Of a stretch of 64,000 bases of DNA, positions 10,811-22,448 are shown one piece after another. Made by a program: the position numbers and the translations under genes. Below the pieces are notes generated by a model, which saw only the letters and a program-made list of their open reading frames with translations, was not told the DNA's origin and did no database searches. Source of the stretch: Hydrolagus affinis. Its lineage: Eukaryota. Location: NCBI GenBank assembly GCA_012026655.1, contig JAAILG010000224.1, forward strand, positions 1 through 64,000, read 5' to 3'. Every line of letters starts with the position of its first letter. Positions within the stretch are counted from its first letter, which is position 1.

Positions 10811-13800
10811 GTTCTGCCTTCCACTGATCCCAAGTGAAAAGGCATGTAGTTGATAAGGAACTTCAGAGTAAAGAACAGTGTCAGTCTTCTGAGCTATAAA
10901 TCCCTGGTAATTCACTTTTTCTGACATTTCCTGCATTGAATTCTTCTTCTTTGCATATTCTTCTTTAGTAATGTTTTAATGAGCCTTTTTCATTTCAGAA
11001 TAAATGTGGGTTTACTGGGAATAGATAATTTCAGATTCTGAAATGTTTAGCTGTATAAGATAGTATTGAATATATTTTGAACTGGAATATGTCACTGAGG
11101 GGAGCAGATTTGAAACTTCAGTTCTAACACCCATGATAATCCCTTGGCTCCAGTCTTAGAAATCTCAGCTCATTAATACTGCAACTGAGGACTTCAATGC
11201 ATTCTTTGTCTGACACATGCATTCATTAAAACAAGTTTTCAATCAGAAACTTTGACAGACAATAGTAGCCTCAAGAACCGACTTTACTTAAAATGGTTTG
11301 ACATCAGTCTCAAAAACTGATGTGGATATTGTTTTGTTCGAGTGTAGGTTTGGTTTGTGAGAAGGCAGAGGTCATAAAATGAATGATTAATTTGCTGAGT
11401 CGTCATAAATTAGGCTTGGAGCATAGTATGTATTATTCATTGATAAATGTGTACTGTGTTCAGTCCACAAGTTGTTTTTGTAATGTTATATCAGTCATGT
11501 CAATCAGCACTTTCCACTGAGAATAAATTAGTAGATACTTCTCCTATAATGCCAATAGCGTTTTTATGGAACAAACTGGAACTCAGCAAAGTTTCAGACA
11601 GAAGTATCAACCACGAGGGAGGGAACTGAAAAAGCTAGCAAAATAAAGTTCCACTGGGAAAATGTGCAAGCCTGAATAGCTGGGCTTATAAATTTATCAT
11701 GGGTAATATTTTCCGTTATTACCATAGTTCTATTTATATAACGTTTTGATTATTTCCCTCTTACCTTCATAATTCCCTCCTGTGGTTAAAGCCTTTCCCA
11801 TCTCATCCTCATCAATTCATTCTTTCAGGACAAGAGAAGTGAACTCTGAACCTCTTGCTCATCTGTGAGAGCAGTCCCTACCTCAGTTTACAACACGTGA
11901 TCAGTTTCACTTAAATTTGCCCTTTGAGGGCAGGTCTTTGAATGAAATTGTGATCTCTATTTCTTCCACATTTGTTTTTCAGATATATGTTGTGAACACA
12001 CGCTATTCTTATTCCCTTTTCATCTATATTCCATCTATTTCCAAAATGCATTTCCAAAATGACCACAACATTGTGGTTTCAGAAGAGAGGTTCAAATGAA
12101 GAAGGCCCATTTGATTTCATCCTTCTATCCTCGTATCGCAGCATCCAGTTATTTTTTAAATGAGTTCGGCATTCTGGTCTCAAAATAAATATTTCCCAGT
12201 ATTTGGCCTGAAATCACCCTTTTCAACCCTAAACCTATGTTCCCCGTGTTTTGTAGTCTCAGTGCATCTGCAAGTATTGTTCTGAGTTTACTATCCCATT
12301 CACATTTAAAACAGCATAAAACCTCCTTCAAAAATTGGGCCAATTTGAACTAAAACCTATCATACGTGTCATCAGCAGGAAACATACTGCAGAATAGCAA
12401 TTCAGTGTCTTCGTGTTATATTCACTGTTCCTCTTGCCCTATTATCTTTATGGCTGCTCATCACTCTCCCATTCTTTTTCAGCATGAAGCCAATACTGAC
12501 ACAATGACTTGTGCGATCTATAGACATCGCACCTTTTCAATGTAAAATTGTCAACATTTTCCAAAATGAATTGAAAAGCCAGAGCATGGCTTTTGAGAGA
12601 AGTGTTCTGCGCTTCTCGTTTTGAATTTATATTTCCAAACTGTATTCATACACATCATTCATATGACAAAACATGATGACATTAACCTTCAGATGTTTAG
12701 TTTCAAGGTTATAGTACAAATATCAAATTAGCAATGTTGGATCTATAATTAAACGTTTTGGGGGAGAGGTATTTTTCAGCAGTAACCAAATGCAATTTAG
12801 TCCCGGCGGGTGATTATGATTTCCTACCTTCATAACCTGTTGAATAATAATATTCATTATAATAATTATCGGTTTGGTTATTGCAACATATGTATTAATG
12901 CCCAAGAAGAAGACAAGCTCCATTTTGGGGAGGGAGCGTGCTCTGCTGCACAAATGAGGGACATTAGGGACACAGACACATTAGAAGCACCACTCAGTGG
13001 CAGCTTCTGACGAAAACTCCTCTTTACAATGTCCCTGAATATCCCTATTGTACCCGTGTGCCTTTTTCAATTTCTCTGACCCCTTGTGGCCTCTTTAAAC
13101 GAGTTTGACAATTAGTGAAACATTTGAGAATGTATTTGCTTTCCAGGCCTACTAAGCATTGGATGCAGAAACCGTGTAAAATTCCTACAGCCGACAGAGA
13201 GAGGTCTTTATCTATCAGTCTGGGCTGGATTTAACTCGGATCTCAGTGCTGAAAAAACATTCTGCTAATTCACTCCACTGCCAATCACAGAATAGAATTG
13301 TGCTAGTAATTAAAATATGAATATCAAAGGCAAATCTCTTATGATTAAATATTTCTCCAAACATTACAAATATATTTGATGATTGTTTTACAATGCAACA
13401 ATACATATATTTTGTTGATTAGAATTGTTTTAATCTGGATTCTCCCACCCAGGCTTTCCTGCATGTCTGTTCCTTTTCAGATCTGCTGGCCTCTGCAATA
13501 GTCATCTAAATAGACATCAAGTGGGTAAAGGCTCTTCTGCATATGTACAAGAAGACGTAGAATTTTAGTATCTATCTAGTATGAATTGTTGTTTTCTTTT
13601 ACTTATGTTAATAGTAACTGTGAATCACCCTATTTAAAAGAAACGCCTGGGGACGTCCTCCCAACATGAAAAGCGCTATACAAATATAATTTTTGTTGTT
13701 GCTGTTGTTGTTCACACTGCTTACTCAGACACATCTATTCAAACTCACTCATTTAAAATCAGTTCTTTGAAATTTTAAGCAACACAGTGATGCTCATTCT

Positions 13801-14189
13801 AAATGAACAGGGCAGCATCAAATGAATTTCTAAACATGTTTAAGCCAAACTGAAATGTTATCATTGCTTGTGAAAGTCATTACAAAACTTGTCACTCAGA
13901 GAATTAGAAGGGTTTAGAACACAAATTGCAGTAAATACCTTTCTAATTAATTTTTTTTCTATAAAACTGCTTTGATTATCAAAGAAAAGAAAAGATTGTT
14001 TCAAGAAATGCATTTGGAAAATTGTTCCACCTAGGTAAGAGAATGTGTGGGGGGTAGGGAGGGCGGAATAAATCTGCTAAAATGTGACACATTTTGAATA
14101 GAGCTCTGCAATAATAAAAATAATTAAAATCTGAACAGAAGTAAGTATCAAAAACCTTCACCAGATTTTTGAAGGTGAACATGGTATCT

Positions 14190-14530
14190 CATTTGCAATG
14201 TCTCACAAACATTCATGAAATGAATGACCAACATTTTATGGGGATTGTTGGCCAGGACACCAGACGAAACTCTCCTCTCTGTTCGAGTTGTGCCATGGGA
14301 TCTTTAACGTCTACCTGAACAGATAATCAGGACATTGGTTTAAGGTCTCATCTGCAGGACAGCATCTGTGACAATTCAAAAGCCCCCTTCCCCAACCACC
14401 ACTACCATCAGCAGTAGCTCCTTAGCACTGCATTGGAGTATCTGGCTAGAGTATGAGTTCTGAGTCCATGTGTGGGGCTCGAACACGCAATCTTCTGACT
14501 CATAGTTGAGAGTGCTACCAACTGAGCCAG
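14190..14530 (-). mobile_element. Ancient DeuSINE (SacSINE1/AmnSINE-like) copy
   Basis: GTGCCATGGGATCTTT...GGTTTAAGGTCTCATC...GCACTGCATTGGAG...TTCTGACTCA...GAGAGTGCTACCAACTGAGCC gives the long Deu domain plus a tRNA head. A second copy lies at 49065-49360. Confidence 0.75.
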
Positions 14531-15959
14531 ACTGCAAGAGCAATATCTCATCACTTCAACTCCCCCAAAACATGGCAGTTAGGGGCATCAGGAACATGCA
14601 ATTTGGCCCATCAAGCTTGCACGTCCATTTGATCAGTTCATGACAACTCTTTGTTTTTCTAATTCTATTTCCCTATACCTTTTCTCCTTACTCATTAATA
14701 TCCTTACTTCCTAATCACCAGCATAAATTGGTCGTTTATTTAATGGTTAGTTGTGGGACAGTGTTGTGCAAAAATTGGCTACACTATTCATCTATAAATA
14801 CAGTCATTACCCTTTACAGCAATTATCTGTGAAGTACACTGAGATCTTTCAACAATTTAACAGCTGCATCAAATGGAAGGATTATTGTTAAGCAGTAACC
14901 TCCCTGCTTTTTAAACACCTCAAATGATTCAAACATTCTTTGAGCCTATTGCACGGCAGGAGTTTTTTTTAATAGTTTATCTTCCTCGGAAAGTGGGGCA
15001 AGCAGAGGACTTGATATATAAAATAACATTAGCAGTCCTTTAAGCGCTCTGAGACACCGTCCAGCGTGGAGGTTGCTATATAAATTGAAGTTGTTATTGT
15101 TGTTAAAGTTCTCTGGTTTCCAGAATGGTTGATTCAAATAGCAGTTATATCACATTCCAATGTTATTCTGTGGTCTGTATATTTGGAATACAGAATCAGA
15201 AGATGTTAATGGCCTGAGAGTCATGGGGGTAGAGAGCAGGGATCATTAACTCACAGGGTCATGAGTTTCAGCAATGGCCAACCCCATTCCAAGCTGGAAT
15301 AGCCGAACAGCACAATATCCAAATGCTCCACCATGGAGAGGGAAAGAGAAAATTATGACAAGATTAGCTAAAGCCTCTAGATGTGTCCCAACTGTTTGTG
15401 GATTAAGGAGAACTGGTAACATATTTCTCAACCTCAGGCAAAGCTATCTCCTTGGCTAAAGTTATCATGGTGATAATAGTAGAGTTTGTATGCATCTGCT
15501 GGGCAGATATCATCCGCAGTGGACGATTAAGGATAATTAGCTTTGAACCAAAGCTACTGATTCATTCAAACTAGTTCTGATATAAAAATTGCACGAGCAC
15601 ATTAGATTATTTAAGATTAAACCTTGATTGTCAAGTGACTATTTTATCCACACTCCAGTTTACTGTCCTTCACTCGTCTGAAAACTCCATTGAACAAAGT
15701 TTATCTCTTGGGGACAAAAAATAATTGTATTTTTATTGATGCAATATTGTGCTGTAGCCAGTGACATACCTGGATAATAAAGCCATGTTCCTCTCATAAT
15801 CAGAACAAGTAGTTCATTAAATATAAAATGATTTGTATCAAAATGTGAATAATTATAATGTTACCGTAGTCGGTCAGGCCTCACTACATCATATAATACT
15901 GGTCAAAACTCGGAGGAAAAGTCTTGAATAAAATATGGATGACAGTTACAATGTACATT

Positions 15960-16275
15960 TTATCCATAAAATACACAGTTCCACATCCTCTCGATTGAAA
16001 CGTGTTATAATCAAAAGGAAAGGATTATTATTATTAAATGAAAGATTGTTGTAACCAAGTCAGAAACATAATAATAATCCTTGTATTTGATATACTGCTT
16101 TACCATGTCTTCAGGATGTCTCAAAGCGCTTGACAGAACAATATCAACAAAATTACATTTGTATAGAAGATACTGTTAAGTGAATTGACTGTATATTTTG
16201 TGGGCAAAATGCGATAGATAATTGTACGTAGCAGTGTCCCAAAAATCGCTGCGGATTGAGCATCCAGTTTTTATT
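15960..16275. mobile_element. Tail-to-tail pair of SINE fragments (+ 15960-16035, - 16070-16275)
   Basis: AAGGATTATTATT tail facing AATAATAATCCTTG; the minus copy has a ~27-nt L2-tail insert at 16139-16165. Confidence 0.7.
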
Positions 16276-17649
16276 ATTTATTTAAATTAATGATTAAACA
16301 TAATTAAATTGTCTTTCTAGCGGTTCTGCAATATGTCTTGGGCAGTTTTTGGAGGGTGTTTCTTTTGGTGGGAGTGGGAAGGCGGGGAGATATTTTAACA
16401 TGTAAAATAGGGCATTTAAATCAAATACTTATTCAGTGGCTATGAAACTGTACAGAGATATCCAGCTTCATGCTGGAACAAGATGCCTTGTTCACCGTGG
16501 CTCTGTCGTGCATGGAGTGAACATCTCTTTACATAATGTTGAATAGCAGCGTCAGGTAGCTTTGTTTTCAGTTTTATTCCCCCCTTGCTGTGAGGATTGT
16601 TTTGATCTCAGTCGTAGAGCAGAAGATAGGGAAACGATTTTCCTTCAGTCAAATACAAAACAAGTTGTCGTTAGTGTTGAACCATTCCTCTCAAATGCAG
16701 AAATATTTTCACAATTATAACATTCTTCAAACAATCCACAAGCAAAAAGACTTAGTGGGGGTCTAATAATCAATTTTTTAAAGCATTGAATATAGGGAAG
16801 AATGCAAATAGATCTAATCTTTTTTTAAAAAAAACTGACAATTAGAAAGCTAGGAATGAGGATACCGCAGGTTATTTTGTAAAAAACCAAGTATGGTTTT
16901 GGAAAGTATTTTTTAATTGTGTACAAGTATTAGTTTTTATTGGGTATTAGTACAGTATTAGTTTTTGGGTCACTTTGTACCCAAAATACTGAAGGCACCT
17001 TCTGGAATTGTGCTGTGACTGTGAGCTATGTAAGTCATCATGTGTTTGTGTAATGAACATGCAAATTGTTGGCATTTTGGCTTTATTGACAATGTAGAGA
17101 TACAAAGGATAGTTTGACCCATCAATTCCACCTCTTAGTTCTCTTATCTTACCTCCACATACTGTATTAATGGTTAATGTTGTTCATGGTTAATGTTTTT
17201 TTTGAGTCAATTGAAATCTATTACATACTTTCATCTATAACCTCTTACATTGTTGTCTTTTGATTAACATATTAATATTTTTTTCCAGTAAACTCTTTGT
17301 TATTTCTATTGTGTTTCCCAAATCATGATAATAATCCTTACATTTGATACAGGCCTTTTATGTTGGGAGCAATTTCATACTGTAAACAAAAATATATATT
17401 GTAAAGCGCCTGTGTACCTTGTAGATGAAATATAGCTACTATATAGCACACAAAAATCAAACATTTTGGAATAGGGATACTGCATACAAATTTATAATAA
17501 ATTCAATGAAATGTAATAATGCAAGCAAGGTTTATTGTCAGTTTTAGGCTGTAACTCCAACTGCTTTGTGCTCAACAAAATAAATTACAAAGAATAAACA
17601 CTGTTCATTTTATGACATGCAAGTTTTTCACAGCAATTTTATTGAACAA

Positions 17650-19380
17650 AGCCGAAAGCTATAGAAGTTGGTTTAAGTTCACACACAGACTGGTAGACTT
17701 CTAACACTTGTCACACGACAAGCAGAGTCTGACAATCTCCTTGGAGGGTTTGAAGCTGTAACACTTTTCTTCAGTCTTGGTGGATTGCAGTTTGTAGTAA
17801 AGCATTCATCCCAAAGTCTGCCTTCTATTTTGTCTGATTCACTTTGCTGTGTTGGCGGTCCACACAAGCAACTTCATGTGGCTGGAATTGTGTCCCTGAA
17901 GTGAGTATAGGCAACAATGGAAGAAAAGGTTGACTTGGCTTTTCTTTTACTTGATGCAATGTCAATACCAGTTCACAGGCATTGAATTTGCTTCTAGTGC
18001 CATCAAAAATTCATATTCCAATGTTACATCCTCCATCTGTTTCTAGATTGTACCTGACAGGCTCAACACAATTGGGAAACCAGTCACCCAAGGAGGAAAA
18101 TGCACCTTTAGATATGTTCATCTTTTCTAGATGTAGTGAGTTTGCTGGAATCAGTCTTTTGTGCAATTGTTGGCAGAACATTGAAAGTGTTTCACTAAGG
18201 CCAGGAAGCCTGTTTGTTACATTCTGCTTTCTAGCCTGGCTACATTCTACACTATCCAAATCTAGCCATTGGCTTTCATCAGTTAGATCCATTCATGTAT
18301 GGAGCTTGTTTTTCAAATTTTATGAAATAGGAATTTTTCTGCAGGAGTCAATATGGGCACATTAAATTCAGGCAATGGAAGCGACACATAACATAATCCA
18401 GGCACATCAAGGATAAATTAGCAAGATTGGACCTGAAGTACTGAATGTTCCCAATGCCTGTTTTTAGAGAATGGAGAATTACAGTTATCCTTAAATATAT
18501 AGTTCACGACAAGTGAAAAGGATTACTGGTAATTCTGAAACCAGTTACCGCTGCTTTTAAGGAATTTATTAAGATACTTGCTGCTTGAAGACCTTACCAT
18601 TATATTTTGAAGCTATGCTTTCTCTTTCAACAGACTTATACAGCCTCACACTTGTACGCTCTCATTCAATTTTACATCTTCCTACGTTTTTATTGCATAT
18701 TGTTCCCCTCTTGCTAAGGCTGCTACTTCATCGTAGTAAATGGAGCGAAATTCATGTGATTCTTTTGAAATGGTATTTCCATTATCAGTAATGTCATCTG
18801 TAGTCATTTGTGTTCCCTCTCCAGATTCATTCCAGTCTTTTTGTACCCTTTTCACTATTTTGTTCCCTTGAATTTGAGCAGATGTAGGTAACTCATTTCC
18901 TGCAAATGCTTGCCTGGCTGTACTTTGAAATGCAGATTCTATTGTTTCAAATTTTGACCAACATTCTTCAACCAAAAGAAAACTGGTTAAGTTTTGTTAT
19001 CGACATGGAATGTACTCGTCTGATCTTATTAAAACATATTTGCATGACACCTTGTAAAGATTCCACATCACGTTTGATTTATTTCTGATGCCTTTTTTAT
19101 TGTCTGCTTTAATATTACCTTTCACTCACTATCTCAAATCTTCTAACCATTGCAGTTCCATCATATGTGGATGCTGGGGATAGTGCTTTTTAACTTCCAT
19201 AAGAAGTTAGCAGAAGAAGAAGCATATCAAGCCAGTCCACCGCAGATGTTTCAACAGCCCACATACTGTAAGCCTTACCTAAATCCATTTTCCACCTTCT
19301 CTTTTGTTTGTTTGTGTTAAGATTCTGTTTGTACTCTCCATAGTTTGTATGACTCTTTCTGTGGTTTTATCTGTAACATA
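17650..19380 (-). pseudogene. Heavily decayed transposase-like ORF (DUF6729-type family, tentative)
   Basis: Three adjacent minus-strand ORF pieces plus frameshifted motifs in the order I recall for that family: LWRVQTES, LQYVGC, IKRDV/W, VRLYK, RSSS..LNKFL..FQNY, PILTPAEKFLF, KPMAR, SCLCGPP. Confidence 0.5.
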
Positions 19381-20499
19381 ATACTGTATATGTTTTATTC
19401 AGCAAATCTTATTGTTTCACTCTCACCTTAGGGTTTAGTGCATATAAGGTCCCGGGGGAGGGGGTGGGGGCATGGTACAGATACGTTCAGGTATGGATGT
19501 CCCATGTGTAATTCCAAAGTCTGAAAAAGAAGCCAGTGAGCAGACTGACAGCCATTTCATGCACTTTTTGCAAGGTAGCTTGTCAGGATTTGAGATGATG
19601 AACAGATTCGAGAAATAATATCCTTTTGATATTAGCAAATATTAGCACATGGAATTCAGTTTTCAAACATTGTGTATTAGACCTGCCCTTAACCGGCAGT
19701 GTGCATGTGTGGACACTGAGATGAAGAGGAACAAGGTCAGGCTATGACAGCAGCAGAACTAAACAGCCACTAAAACCAGCTCAAATGTGAAGAATAACCA
19801 TATGAGTGAGAGACCAGAGACCTGCTGCCTGCAGTGAATCATGTTCAGCATGAGTCACCACCTTCAGCAGAAGAGGGTAGACAGAGGGGAGAACATTTTT
19901 CTTTCAATATTCCTTCTATTTCTAAAGTGCTGTGTAAGCTTTCAAGGCAGTCACCCTCCACCTGCTGTGGTATTTATCATACTCTATAATTGCAGTCAAA
20001 TTCAAAACCTTTCATCGGGCATTGTTTTTGCTGCGGTTCATGTGTGTTTTTAATCCAGCAAGCTGTTTTCATGATTTCTTTCAGTTGCGCTATTTTATCC
20101 CCCCAGTTTTTCTGTATTAATGACTTAGTGCCTCTTTGACTGTTGTCAGAGAACAGTGTGTGACAGACCAGCAGCAGCTCGAATCACAGAGTTCTCAAGG
20201 TTATGTGTTGCTTCTGATTTAACCTTGTGCTGAAAGCACCTTTTCTGTTAGGAAGTAAAAACACTTTAGGAAATGATTATTTTTTTACCATTTTACCAGG
20301 GTTGGCATAGTATTTTTTTTTCCTTTCATGAAACAAAGGAAGATGTTTAAACTAAAAAAAGTTGAGAATTTTTAACGAGAATTTTTTGACAAGACCTTAC
20401 TTGGCTAATTGCATTGTCTTGAAATGCAGTCCAGAATTTCTACCACTGTCAGTATTTGTGCAAGCAATCAGTAAATTGTGGTGTATTTCAATTCATCTT

Positions 20500-20890
20500 T
20501 TCAAAGCACTGTCCTTTCACCTCTGAAATCTGGATTCAAATCCATCCTAGATTGATGAGATGAATGTCTGTTTTCTGATGAATGGTCCTATGTGAAATTA
20601 ACTTTGGCAGAGTCTGATTCTCAGCCTAATTCCCAATGGATGCAAGTCTATATCATAAACTTACTTGGGCATTAATTGGTCCTAATTTGGCAGTCTTACT
20701 CAGAAAGGCTGTAAGGATAGCACATGTGAATAACACAAATTGTCAAGCTGAAGTATCAGTCAGTGCTCTTGTGAGATGATCTGAACTTCAGGTTAAAGCT
20801 CGATGTTGGGGCAGTCTGAAGGGAGCTCTGAACTGCATCTAACCTTGGGACCCGGGAATGATTGATACTGGCACTAAGTGCAGAGGGAAA
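20500..20890 (+). mobile_element. LF-SINE-like ancient SINE
   Basis: Blocks CCTTTCACCTCTG...GGATTCAAATCCA, GTCCTATGTGAAAT, CTCAGCCTAATTCC, GGCATTAATTGG...TTGGCAGTCT..CAGAAAGGC..AAGGA and GGGGCAGTCTG are colinear with the LF-SINE consensus as I recall it. Confidence 0.7.
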
Positions 20891-21179
20891 ATGTTCCACT
20901 GGTAGTTAAACTGGAAAATCTTGCTGAGAGTGATGTGCTTTTTGCTTCTATTTCTATTCTATTATCACTATTATTCTATTACTATTATGCATAACAGACA
21001 CTGCAGATCCACAAAACTAGATATGGAAATATGTTATTCAACAAGTATCAGTTAATACAAAGAAATAGTTTCTTAAAAAAATCAAGGGATAAATACTCTC
21101 ATTTATAGTTATAGCCTAGTCGTGTAATTCATAGTGAACAACTTGTGGACTTGTGAACCTGTGGAAGAATGGGACTTGT

Positions 21180-21557
21180 GGAGTCCTGTAGCTCAGTGGT
21201 TAGAGCACTCACCCTGCAAGCGAGAGACCTGGGTTCGATTCCAGGCAGGGTGAAACCTTAGGTAAGCTTCTTTATTCCACACAATAACAAACAGCAAAAT
21301 TACATTTATAGAGTACCTTTCACATCGGGAGGAAGTCCCAAGGCAATAGTCAGGTTGCCTGATAATAATCCTTCGAAAAAAATAATAATAAATTGTTCAT
21401 TTTCAATCTATGACTTTGTGGGACACTGCTGTGCGCAATTGGCCGCTGCGTTTTGCCCATAAATACAGTCAATTCACTTTACAGTATATTCTGTAAAGCA
21501 CTCTGAGACGTCTAGAAGATATCAAAAGCACTATTATCAAATGCAAGGATTATTATT
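21180..21557 (+). mobile_element. Full-length tRNA-Ala-derived Deu-domain SINE with antisense L2-tail insert
   Basis: Head GGAGTCCTGTAGCTCAGTGGTTAGAGC...TGCAAG...GGTTCGATTCC (A box, TGC anticodon, B box), Deu core and (ATT)n tail. Insert at about 21283-21356; partial duplication at 21559-21615. Confidence 0.9.
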
Positions 21558-21894
21558 CTGACTGTTTGTGGGACACTGGTGTGCGCAATTGGCTGGATAA
21601 TGCAAGGATTATTATCATAAGAAAGCACAGGGAGTGGTTGGGCTGGCTGGCTAGAAGCCGTTACAGTGCTAAGAGCAGAAGATCAGTAAACAATTATGGT
21701 GCTGGCCTTTTAGTTAGCATTTTTCTATTGCATCTTCCTAGGCAATAAGCAAGCTTTTGACAGGTTTCCTTCAATTGATGTCCATCCTCCCGCAAACTCT
21801 TTTCACCGTTTGATTTTGCAGTGACTCAAGGATGCTTAACCTTATGATTCACTAACTTAGTTACCTGTAACCCTCTATGGTTACATTTATTATT

Positions 21895-22192
21895 TGCAAG
21901 GGCTTTCGGCCTCCCCGTCCCCAATCCATCCCACAATCCCTTTGCTTTGCTCCCTCTCTTGCCTCTTTCAGGACCAGATTCAAGACCCTCCTTTTCAACC
22001 ATGCATTCAGACACCCACCCCCACCACCTCTCTTTCCTTCCTCATCCCAACCCACACCACCCTCCCTCCCCCCCCCCACCCCCACCACCGTCACCCCACC
22101 CTCATGTGACCCCCTGACTGTTGAGCACCTTGGGACGTCTTCCTGACGTGAAAGGTGTTCTACAAATGTAACTTTATTGTTGTTGTTGTTGC
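21895..22192 (+). mobile_element. L2 LINE 3' end (second L2 family)
   Basis: Encodes PQSLCFAPSLASFRTRFKTLLFNHAF, then a C-rich spacer and tail CTTGGGACGTCTTCCTGACGTGAAAGG...(TTG)n. Confidence 0.85.
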
Positions 22193-22400
22193 TGCCAGTG
22201 CCTCATGGAAACAATCCTGATAAATTTAGGTATTTGCATTTACCGTATATTCACTCTGCTTTGTAAGTCATGTTTTGGGGATTCCCTATCCCCTTCCTTC
22301 CCAAAGCCCCTGCATCATGAAGCATTCCCAACAAAGAGAACCGATAGAAGATCTTTTGCTGTTCCCTGACAATAAAAATGCCATGAGATGTGTGACACCA

Positions 22401-22402
<2 letters not shown>

Positions 22403-22433
<31 letters not shown>

Positions 22434-22448
22434 GACACACACACACAG
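22403..22448. repeat. (TC)n(AC)n compound microsatellite
   Basis: Directly visible. Confidence 0.95.

Noticed and set aside
18040-18110. Harbinger/HARBI1-like FPNCV or GFPIV..SGT motif
   Set aside because: Spacing is wrong and the downstream NRK..S.N.Q..D motifs are absent; the other family fits more motifs in order.
21180-21250. Possible tRNA-Ala gene (also at about 28230-28298 and other heads)
   Set aside because: No proper acceptor stem or poly-T terminator, and it continues into the SINE body.
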